From positions 13,255 to 77,254 of the forward strand of contig JBBRES010000001.1 in the NCBI GenBank assembly GCA_038202665.1: a DNA stretch of 64,000 nucleotides, in the 5' to 3' direction. The notes beneath the pieces were generated by a model. The model was not told where the DNA came from, made no database searches, and saw nothing but the letters and a program-made list of their open reading frames with translations. Shown piece by piece: positions 9,211-17,240 of this stretch. The position numbers were made by a program, and so were the translations under genes. Source of the stretch: Candidatus Kapaibacterium sp. (GTDB taxonomy: Bacteria > Bacteroidota > Ignavibacteria > Kapaibacteriales > Kapaibacteriaceae). The number at the start of each line of letters is the position of its first letter. The first letter of the stretch is position 1.

Positions 9211-10404
9211 ATGCATCAACTCGTACGACGGTCACTCCTCGGCATCTGTTTCCTCTTCGCCTGCACGGCTCTCCATGCGATTCCGCAATTCTCGCTGATT
9301 AGTGGGAACCGTTGTTCTGGTTGCCACGTGAATGCGCAGGGATCGGGTTTGCGCACAAACCTCGGTTGGTATTCGTACATGGATGTGAGCATGATTCCAC
9401 GCGAGGGGAGCTTCCTGAGCGGATTGTATAAGGGCGATGAATCGAATCAGTTTCTTGACGACAAGCTCACGCTAGGCATTGACGTGCGCGTACAGAACAC
9501 GAGATCGTTTTACGATTCCGCCGCACCGCGCACCACATTCCCTATGCAGGCCAACCTCTATGCCTCCTATGAATTCGCAAAGGAATTCATGGTGGAGGGG
9601 TCGTTCAACTTCGCAGCCTTGCGCAAGGCACCGAACTCCACAGATGTAGTGCGCTATCCGGGGCAACGCGCCGGCACCTTCAGTGCATACTTCAAGCCGA
9701 GTGATTCTCTCCCAATGCTTCGCGTTGGCTTCTTCCGTCCAGCAATCGGACTCCGATGGGACGACCACACGGCATTCACGAATTCCTACGTAACGGGATC
9801 GTCACGTCAAGCGCTTGTAGCACCAATGTGGGCAGAGGTTGGAGCAGAGATCAGTTATGAATCACTGAAGTGGCTTACGATTCAGGCTGGTGTGTTCGGT
9901 TCCTCTGGTTTGTCTGAGCTCAAGTTCAGCGACGGAAAAAATCTGTATGCGGCCTTCTCTGGGAATGCCCCAACCTACACCGCACGAATCATGGTGTGGC
10001 CGCGGGCCTTCGACGACAAGATCAACATGTTCTTTGGCGCATCGGGCTTAGTGAACTACAACCTTGGGATGGTGAATGCGTGGGCTGGCGTAGGCCTCAC
10101 GGATTGGCTGGCACTGCAGGCCGAGTTCATGCATCTCGATCGCGTAGGTGTGCTTCAGGCCAATAACATCACCGCCGAACTCATGGTACAGGTATGGTCT
10201 CCACTACTTCCCTACGTGCGTTTTGAACATGGTGAAACACGTCGTGCTCAAGTGACAGATCTAGCATCGGTAAACAGTATCATCCTTGGCGCACAACTCT
10301 TTCCTATCCCGTACGTCGAGATTCGCCCTGAGTATCGCATTTGGGACACCGCACTTCCGGGCTATACATCACGTTGGAACGTACAGCTCCACATCTTCTA
10401 TTGA
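9211..10404 (+). CDS. Cyc2-like fused monoheme cytochrome-porin (outer-membrane beta-barrel with N-terminal CXXCH)
   Basis: A signal peptide (..CTALHA) is followed 13 residues later by CSGCH. The remainder is rich in amphipathic beta strands and ends in a terminal aromatic (..HIFY), as is typical of outer-membrane barrels. At 397 aa it fits the short Cyc2 cluster. Confidence 0.5.
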   Translation: MHQLVRRSLLGICFLFACTALHAIPQFSLISGNRCSGCHVNAQGSGLRTNLGWYSYMDVSMIPREGSFLSGLYKGDESNQFLDDKLTLGIDVRVQNTRSFYDSAAPRTTFPMQANLYASYEFAKEFMVEGSFNFAALRKAPNSTDVVRYPGQRAGTFSAYFKPSDSLPMLRVGFFRPAIGLRWDDHTAFTNSYVTGSSRQALVAPMWAEVGAEISYESLKWLTIQAGVFGSSGLSELKFSDGKNLYAAFSGNAPTYTARIMVWPRAFDDKINMFFGASGLVNYNLGMVNAWAGVGLTDWLALQAEFMHLDRVGVLQANNITAELMVQVWSPLLPYVRFEHGETRRAQVTDLASVNSIILGAQLFPIPYVEIRPEYRIWDTALPGYTSRWNVQLHIFY

Positions 10405-10412
10405 GGTAGACC

Positions 10413-10724
10413 ATGCTCTGGAAACTCATCATTGCCATGTCTTGTGTGTCGATCCTTGCCGGTGGCGTTCTCTGGATTAAGGACGGTTTCATCCTGTTCC
10501 CGCACGATCGCGAAGAGATTCGAACGACCGTCACCGATCCGTTGTTTGGCACAACGAAAGAAGAAATCACCTGGAAGTCTGTTGAACCAAAGTACGGACT
10601 GCTTCCGCAAGGAACAGACGTCTCCGACATTCCGCGCTCCTACATCTTTGTGGTGGGAGCCAGCGGTACATTCATCCTGCTTGGCCTTGTTATGCTCAAG
10701 CGTCAACGAAAGCACACAACCTAG
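10413..10724 (+). CDS. small membrane protein (2 TM)
   Basis: 103 aa with two hydrophobic segments. It is tightly packed between the Cyc2-like and Rieske genes. Confidence 0.35.
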   Translation: MLWKLIIAMSCVSILAGGVLWIKDGFILFPHDREEIRTTVTDPLFGTTKEEITWKSVEPKYGLLPQGTDVSDIPRSYIFVVGASGTFILLGLVMLKRQRKHTT

Positions 10725-10727
10725 ATC

Positions 10728-11219
10728 ATGAAGAACGAACACCATCACGATTGCTCGACGTCACGACGGGACTTTCTCTGCAAATCAGCTTCTGTTGGGG
10801 CCGCGATTCCGTTCATCACGATCTCGTCATTGATTGTTGCTTGTGAGAAGCAAGAAGGTCAGGTCGTGAATCCGGGAGTATTTATCACGGTAGACATTTC
10901 TACAATTCCCGAATTGGCCGCTGTTCCTAGCATCATTCTTACAAGCGTTACCGGACTGAACAACGGAGACCCTGTTTTCATCTCTCGTGTGACGACGACT
11001 GCGTTTACGGTCTTCACTGGAATTTGCACACACAGTGGCAATCCCATCAATCCGCCTGAAGCACCGCTTGCTCGACTTGTGTGTCCGTACCACAATGCGG
11101 AGTTCTCGAAGGCCGACGGGACCGTACAGAAGCAACCATCATCTGGCTCTGCGCGCAACCTTCCTACGTTTACGGCAACGTTCGATCCATCGAAGAACAT
11201 TCTGTCGATCACTCCATAA
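10728..11219 (+). CDS. Tat-exported lipoprotein Rieske-type [2Fe-2S] protein
   Basis: Twin-arginine motif SRRDFL, a hydrophobic region ending in LIVAC (lipobox-like), and Rieske motifs CTHSG...(16)...CPYH. The Box I disulfide Cys is absent, so this is the low-potential Rieske type. Confidence 0.7.
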   Translation: MKNEHHHDCSTSRRDFLCKSASVGAAIPFITISSLIVACEKQEGQVVNPGVFITVDISTIPELAAVPSIILTSVTGLNNGDPVFISRVTTTAFTVFTGICTHSGNPINPPEAPLARLVCPYHNAEFSKADGTVQKQPSSGSARNLPTFTATFDPSKNILSITP

Positions 11220-12208
11220 TGCAAATGCTAGACCTTGCGTTCGACGCCGTTGTCGAGCGGGGCAAACATCTTTCCTCGGTTCTTGCGGCACTGTTCGCGC
11301 AGATCAAACCAGATCAAGAAGAAGCCACGGCCATACGACATGAGCTGTACCATCGCATACGTGCGCTTGGCATGCCTTCGTTTTTGCGTGAACGTATTGA
11401 ACAAGCCTACGGTCCATCCGTCGCCGAAGCCATCATCTCATCCAGCATGGTCGATGCGCCCGTCTTCATACGTGCGAATACACTTCGTGCTAAAGTTTCG
11501 GACGTTCAACAAGCTCTCCCCGGCTCCATCCTTCGTACAGATTTTGGTTTTGAAGCTCTCGAGATTCCTGAGCCGTATGGACTCTTTCGCACCCAAGCCT
11601 ATGTAGATGGTTGGTTCGAACAGCAAGACCTTGCATCGCAGCGCGTGTCTGAAACACTCCGCTTACAACCTGGAATGCGTGTTGTAGATGCCTGTGCCGG
11701 CGCCGGCGGCAAGTCGTTGCACATGGCCGCACTCATGAAGAATACCGGTCGCATCATTGCACTCGATGTGGCCGAAGACAAGCTCAATACGCTACGGAAG
11801 CGTGCTGCACATGCAGGCGTGTCGATCATCGATCCCCGACCAATCTATTCCACCAAGATTATCAAACGCCTTGCCGATTCTGCAGACAGAGTCTTGCTGG
11901 ACGTGCCATGCTCTGGAACTGGTGTTTTGCGTCGCAACCCCGACATCATGATTCATACGAGCGAGACATCGCTTCTGGAGTTGCAAGACATTCAAGCCGA
12001 CATTCTCCGGCGTAATGCGCGCAGTGCAAAACCTGGTGGCTTCGTGTGTTATGCAAACTGCAGTGTACTGCCCGAAGAAGGACGCTTGCAGATAGAACGA
12101 TTCTTACAAGAAAGCGGCAGTGCCTTTACACTCTTGGAAGAGTGGCAGACATTGCCGCACGAGCTCGATTGCGATGGATTCTACGTTGCACTCATGCAAC
12201 GGTCATGA
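11219..12208 (+). CDS. RsmB/Sun-family rRNA (cytosine-C5)-methyltransferase
   Basis: SAM-binding motif VDACAGAGGKS and catalytic motifs DVPCSGTGV and CYANCS. The start was taken at MQMLDLAF, which is in frame with a longer ORF. Confidence 0.8.
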   Translation: MQMLDLAFDAVVERGKHLSSVLAALFAQIKPDQEEATAIRHELYHRIRALGMPSFLRERIEQAYGPSVAEAIISSSMVDAPVFIRANTLRAKVSDVQQALPGSILRTDFGFEALEIPEPYGLFRTQAYVDGWFEQQDLASQRVSETLRLQPGMRVVDACAGAGGKSLHMAALMKNTGRIIALDVAEDKLNTLRKRAAHAGVSIIDPRPIYSTKIIKRLADSADRVLLDVPCSGTGVLRRNPDIMIHTSETSLLELQDIQADILRRNARSAKPGGFVCYANCSVLPEEGRLQIERFLQESGSAFTLLEEWQTLPHELDCDGFYVALMQRS

Positions 12209-12916
12209 CACGAGATAGCGCATGAGTTTGCGTTTTGCAATAGGCAGGATCGTGGCTTCGAACGAAAAATCAAGGTCGGTATCACAAATGAACGTAGCAG
12301 GATTCGGCAACTCTTTGTTCACGGCCACGAGCTCCAACTTTACATCCTCTGGCGCACGCAGCACGACGTCTTCCGTCAATGTGTCAATCTCCACTGTTCG
12401 CATCGCGCGGTACTGTTCATCCTCTGCGGTAAACAACGACATTTCGTATCGCAACACATGGAACAACTGCGCACGGTGCTCGGGGATGAGCACGTATCCT
12501 TCGTCACGATACAGCGGCACAATTCCCACTTCCCCAATCTTCATGTGTTCATTCACAAAGTCGTACACGGCTGCCCCTTCCTCTCTCAAAACCCTCAACT
12601 GCGGAAGTGCCCATGTGATGAGTGCGAACATTTTTTCGATCGACTCGGAGTCGGCAGCCACCGTATCAAAGATCAAAGAATTCTTCTCGAGGTCTACTCC
12701 CTTGAGTATTCTTGGCGAATGTGTTCGGAACTGTTCACCGAGTCGGAGAATGGTTTCCAACATCGACGTCAGTTCCACCACGTCTGTAAAACCTGGATAC
12801 AGTTTACTATGCCGAAGGTCCTGAGTGGCGGCATGGAGGGCGGCAAGGACACGATACTGACCCGCTTCTACGTCAGTACCAGCCTTGGTGAAGAGCTCAA
12901 GATCGAGATGTGTCAT
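12203..12916 (-). CDS. hypothetical protein
   Basis: 237-aa ORF with coding-like composition. It is convergent with the rsmB-like gene, and I recognise no family. Confidence 0.4.
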   Translation of the reverse strand: MTHLDLELFTKAGTDVEAGQYRVLAALHAATQDLRHSKLYPGFTDVVELTSMLETILRLGEQFRTHSPRILKGVDLEKNSLIFDTVAADSESIEKMFALITWALPQLRVLREEGAAVYDFVNEHMKIGEVGIVPLYRDEGYVLIPEHRAQLFHVLRYEMSLFTAEDEQYRAMRTVEIDTLTEDVVLRAPEDVKLELVAVNKELPNPATFICDTDLDFSFEATILPIAKRKLMRYLVS

Positions 12917-12986
12917 GGAGGCCTCCGTTGAGTATCACGCTACAATGATATAACAATTCTCCCCGCAACTTTGTTACATTTCGGAC

Positions 12987-15146
12987 ATGCACACACTGTA
13001 CCTCTCTCTCTTCCTCGCCTTCTTCGTCGTCACAACGCACGCACAACAATGGCAACTCGGTTCGCATTCAAATGGCATTACGTCAATCACGGCTGTGCCG
13101 AGCGCATCAACGTTTGTGACCATTGGAAACGATGGCGTCCTGCACGCTTGGAATCAGCAAACTGGCGCTCCTCTATCTACAATCGCACTGTCGCCAGAGT
13201 CAAGCATGATCGGCAGCTACTTTATGCCACTGCTTCATGCACGCACAGACAGTGCCATGATCTACGTCGTTACGGCCCGGCGCATAAGCTGCGTGCAAGC
13301 AGATCTGAGTTCCGTGTTGTGGACGCTCGATCTTGAACAGGGCTCATTGCAAGACCTTGGTCTTACGACGGTGATAACGGATAGTATGATCTATCAAGAC
13401 CAGATCTCATCAACCGTGTTCATCAATCTTCATACCGGCCTGCGTACTACAGCACCTGTTGGTGGACTCCCACAACCCGCCCTTGGAAGTTGTCTGCGCG
13501 TAGTGGCAGATAGCATCTTTCGCATTCGGTACGAAGACGGCGCTGTACTCGATACGCTTGTGATGCCCAAGACGATCAAGGCCTTTGACGCCACACAAAG
13601 TGGCACACTCATGGCTGTGGCCACCGAAGAGAACACCTACATTGTTGCAGGCGATTCCTTGCATGCTATCGACAGCATCGGTGTTCCAAACTACTTTGGT
13701 GAGAGGATCTTGATCTCTCCTTCTGGCGGTCGCGTGGTAAATGCTCGCGGAATTCTTTGGAACCGATCGAAGAAGTCGAAGTATTCTTTCGACAACGACG
13801 ACAATGCTCCGTCTTCAGATCTTCTTACGCATCTCGCGTGGTCCAACAACGAGTCTATCGTGAGTGGCGTGGCGAAGCTTCCATGTTCAAACGGACTGGC
13901 CTGTAAGGGCGGATGGATGACTGTCTTCAACGCCAACAATGGCACCATTCTTTTTCATCCGATAGGAACGGTTGGCACGTCGTTCGACGCTTCGATTACC
14001 GACGATGGCGCGCATGCCGTTCTTGCTTCGACTGGATTGGTGTCTCTGCGACATGTAGTAGACGGCCGAGTAGTGTTGAATCGATGGCCACTCGCCACTA
14101 AAATGTTAGGCGGTACTACCTCTCCGACTGCGCAGTATGGAATGTTCGTGCACTTCGACGAAGACACCGGTGGCATCGATCCGATACCGATGATGACACT
14201 TCTCGCACCTTCACCGTCGCAGGCCACGATTGCATTTACAGTGCCTGTTGCAGTGCCTGTCTCTCCGCTCTTTGTCACAGATCGCATGACCTTTACAACC
14301 AATACCACCTACGTTGTAGATGTCCTCAACGGTACTCTTCGCGTTGTGCATGTTGCAACAAGCGCTCAGTCCGACCTTTCTGTGCAGGCCCGTTCTGTGA
14401 TTCGTTGTACGGGATCGGTTGTGGCCACGATGGTGGGTAGATCAACGGTGAGCATGATCGACTGTGCTTCATTGCAGCAAGTTGGCGGATTTAATGTGTC
14501 AGACTCCGTTGAATCGATTGCAGCCGTTCGTGGTACTTCTTGGCTCGTTGCCTCAACCGCGTCGCAGCGTTTCGTTTACGACATGGGCACGAATACCATG
14601 CTGGATACCGTAGGCATTGGGGTCGACAATATCGGTCGCGCCTTACGCACAAAGCACTTCATTGAAAAGACTGGCGTATTCGTTTCTACCCATGCACTCT
14701 CTGCATCATCGCACGAAATCATTGCAACACGATTGCGAGACGGGTTGATCATACGTCGTGGCGACACGGTGAACACCGACGTTGCAGACCTCTGTGTTTC
14801 GCCCAACGGATTTGCCGTCATCGTAGTTGCGTCGGACGGTCGCGTTACAACTACACGAGGCTTCACTGGTATTGACACTATCGCTGTTGATACGACATCC
14901 ACGTCGATCGCTGGTGAGCGACCCTTCGCCGAGGCGAACATCTCGATTTCACAGAGTGTTCTTCATGTCACATCCGTGGATGACTCGATCGTACGAGTAG
15001 AGGTGGTAGACATACTCGGTCGCCTTCTCTACTCCGGCATGGCAGACGAGCACACGGTAAACCTTGCCGCCTTCCCACACCAAGCTCTCTACGTGCGCGT
15101 CGTTGGACGCACCCAATCATGGACCCACTCGATCATCGCACCATAG
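12987..15146 (+). CDS. secreted beta-propeller protein with C-terminal T9SS sorting domain
   Basis: Signal peptide and WD40/PQQ-like repeats. The C-terminal ~80 aa (VLHVTSVDDSIVRVEVVDILGRLLYSG...ALYVRVVG) matches the Por secretion tail pattern. Confidence 0.65.
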   Translation: MHTLYLSLFLAFFVVTTHAQQWQLGSHSNGITSITAVPSASTFVTIGNDGVLHAWNQQTGAPLSTIALSPESSMIGSYFMPLLHARTDSAMIYVVTARRISCVQADLSSVLWTLDLEQGSLQDLGLTTVITDSMIYQDQISSTVFINLHTGLRTTAPVGGLPQPALGSCLRVVADSIFRIRYEDGAVLDTLVMPKTIKAFDATQSGTLMAVATEENTYIVAGDSLHAIDSIGVPNYFGERILISPSGGRVVNARGILWNRSKKSKYSFDNDDNAPSSDLLTHLAWSNNESIVSGVAKLPCSNGLACKGGWMTVFNANNGTILFHPIGTVGTSFDASITDDGAHAVLASTGLVSLRHVVDGRVVLNRWPLATKMLGGTTSPTAQYGMFVHFDEDTGGIDPIPMMTLLAPSPSQATIAFTVPVAVPVSPLFVTDRMTFTTNTTYVVDVLNGTLRVVHVATSAQSDLSVQARSVIRCTGSVVATMVGRSTVSMIDCASLQQVGGFNVSDSVESIAAVRGTSWLVASTASQRFVYDMGTNTMLDTVGIGVDNIGRALRTKHFIEKTGVFVSTHALSASSHEIIATRLRDGLIIRRGDTVNTDVADLCVSPNGFAVIVVASDGRVTTTRGFTGIDTIAVDTTSTSIAGERPFAEANISISQSVLHVTSVDDSIVRVEVVDILGRLLYSGMADEHTVNLAAFPHQALYVRVVGRTQSWTHSIIAP

Positions 15147-15529
15147 TCATCTTCGACGGCATTTGCAGCTTGTGCAACGCCTCGGTAGACTTTCTCATCC
15201 GTACCGACAAAACCGCGTCGATACTGTTCGCATCGTTGCAAAGCAATACGGCAAAGGCCATCCTTGCCGAGCATGGATATCATGATGTGCCGGATTCCAT
15301 CATTGTGCTCGAAAAAGGTCAGTTACTGACCGAGAGTCAGGCCGTCCTGACCTTGCTGCCCTACCTAACCTTTCCCTGGCCCCTTTTGAGGGTGGCATGG
15401 GTGATTCCGCGCTTTGTGCGGGACCCCGTGTACCGCCTCATAGCCCGTAATCGCTATCGGTGGTTCGGGAAGAAGGCCTCCTGTAGGATCCCAACGCCCG
15501 AAGAGCGGTCGCGATTCCTCGCCGACTGA
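15119..15529 (+). CDS. DCC-family thiol-disulfide oxidoreductase (DUF393)
   Basis: N-terminal IVIFDGICSLCNASVDFL motif. Confidence 0.6.
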   Translation: MDPLDHRTIVIFDGICSLCNASVDFLIRTDKTASILFASLQSNTAKAILAEHGYHDVPDSIIVLEKGQLLTESQAVLTLLPYLTFPWPLLRVAWVIPRFVRDPVYRLIARNRYRWFGKKASCRIPTPEERSRFLAD

Positions 15530-15608
15530 CCACGGTAAACCCTAGCATTTATCCCCATTTCGTCCTATCTTTGTGGCCCTTTTGTCGGTTACCTCCACTT
15601 GGAGTCCT

Positions 15609-15920
15609 ATGAGTACATACATCGTCAATCCTGTTGAAGTTCGAGCAGATGAGTCCGCAAAAGGAAGCATCTACAAGTCTATCGTAGCGATGGGCATGCG
15701 CGCACGGCAGATCAACGACCAGATCAAGACGCAACTCACAGAGCGTATGGCAGATGTTATCGTAGACACGGAAGAGACAGACACTCCGAACTACGATCAG
15801 ATTGCGATCAGCCGCGAGTTCGATTCGATCCCGAAGCCAACCTTCCTTGCGATGCGCGAGAAGATGGATGGTAAGATCCACGTCAAAATGGGCGAAGTGC
15901 CCGTTCCAACGGTGGAATAA
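15609..15920 (+). CDS. rpoZ: DNA-directed RNA polymerase subunit omega
   Basis: The motif SIYKSIVAMGMRARQINDQ resembles the RpoZ core. It sits immediately upstream of coaBC, a conserved arrangement. Confidence 0.6.
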   Translation: MSTYIVNPVEVRADESAKGSIYKSIVAMGMRARQINDQIKTQLTERMADVIVDTEETDTPNYDQIAISREFDSIPKPTFLAMREKMDGKIHVKMGEVPVPTVE

Positions 15921-15962
15921 CTTTTCCAACGCAACTACATCGAGCCATCCGGTCTTTCCGCG

Positions 15963-17219
15963 ATGGCTCGTCTTATTATGAACGTACTTCTAGCCATCAC
16001 CGGTAGTATTTCGGCATACAAGACGCCGTGGCTTGTGCGCGACCTCCGTCGCGCTGGTCACACGGTGCGCATTGTGATGACGGAATCCGCGACGCAGTTC
16101 GTAGCGCCATTGGCGCTTGAAAGTGTGTCGATGCAGCCCGTGATTGTGAATGCGTTCGACCCATCCATCCAAGATCGTGGGTCGTGGCATGTGCACCTCG
16201 CTCGGTGGGCCAACGTCATGTTGATCGCACCGTGCACTGCATCCACACTCGCCCGTCTTGCAAACGGTTTGTGCGACTCTGCTGTGATGACCGTGGCTTG
16301 CTCTCTTCCGGCATCAACACCACTGTTAGTGGCCCCGGCAATGGACACAGACATGTGGCATCACGCGTCTGTACAACGCAACATCAACCGTATTCAACAG
16401 GATGGCATCATCGTCATCGCACCCGAAGTAGGCGAGCTCGCGTCAGGGCTGCAAGGGGCAGGGCGATTGGCAGAGCTTGATACGATTGTGCAGACCGTTG
16501 CACGCTTTGAGACTGCAAGCACATCACGTCAACCACTACCGTCAACAACCCAACCAACCGGCATCGCGGGCAAGCGCCTGGTGATCACGGCGGGCCCTAC
16601 ACACGAGGCCATCGACGACGTGCGCTACATTGCCAATCGCTCCACAGGAACCATGGGATTTGCTCTCGCAGAAGCTGCACGCGATCGTGGCGCCATCGTC
16701 ACTTTGATTGCCGGACCTGTTTCTGTGTCAACTCCACTTGGTGTAGAACGCATCGATGTGACGAGTGCACAAGAGATGTTTGAACGCACCATGGAGCACG
16801 CGGACTACGACGTGGCAATCTGCGCCGCGGCCGTAGCCGACTATACACCAGTGGAGCGCGTTGTTGGAAAGATCAAGAAGGACCCGCTCGCATCAACATC
16901 GGAGTTGGTACTCTCTCTTCGGCAAACGCAAGACATTCTGGCAACGCTTGGCGAACGAAAACAACAACAGCAAATCCTCGTTGGCTTTGCGCTCGAGAGC
17001 ACAGATCTGATCAACTATGCGATCTCAAAACTCGAGCGCAAGCACGCAGACATGATCGTTGCGAATCTCGCTGGCGGCGAGCGCAGTGGATTCGGAACGG
17101 CCGACAACACGATCACCCTCATCACACGAACAGCATCACCGGAGTCGTTTCCACCAATGTCCAAACATGCGTGCGCAAACATCATCCTTGATGCGATTGA
17201 ACGACTACTTCCTTCTTAA
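15963..17219 (+). CDS. coaBC: bifunctional phosphopantothenoylcysteine decarboxylase / phosphopantothenate-cysteine ligase
   Basis: N-terminal flavoprotein domain (LLAITGSISAYKTPWLVRDL) and C-terminal CoaB domain (KRLVITAGPTHEAIDDVRYIANRSTG). Confidence 0.9.
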   Translation: MARLIMNVLLAITGSISAYKTPWLVRDLRRAGHTVRIVMTESATQFVAPLALESVSMQPVIVNAFDPSIQDRGSWHVHLARWANVMLIAPCTASTLARLANGLCDSAVMTVACSLPASTPLLVAPAMDTDMWHHASVQRNINRIQQDGIIVIAPEVGELASGLQGAGRLAELDTIVQTVARFETASTSRQPLPSTTQPTGIAGKRLVITAGPTHEAIDDVRYIANRSTGTMGFALAEAARDRGAIVTLIAGPVSVSTPLGVERIDVTSAQEMFERTMEHADYDVAICAAAVADYTPVERVVGKIKKDPLASTSELVLSLRQTQDILATLGERKQQQQILVGFALESTDLINYAISKLERKHADMIVANLAGGERSGFGTADNTITLITRTASPESFPPMSKHACANIILDAIERLLPS

Positions 17220-17240
17220 GAATCTCATCGGCTTCTCTCT

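Noticed and set aside
15925-15975. Hairpin CGAGCCATC-N12-GATGGCTCG between rpoZ and coaBC
   Set aside because: The 3' arm contains the coaBC start codon (ATGGCTCG). It could be a translational control element, but a 9-bp stem alone is weak evidence.
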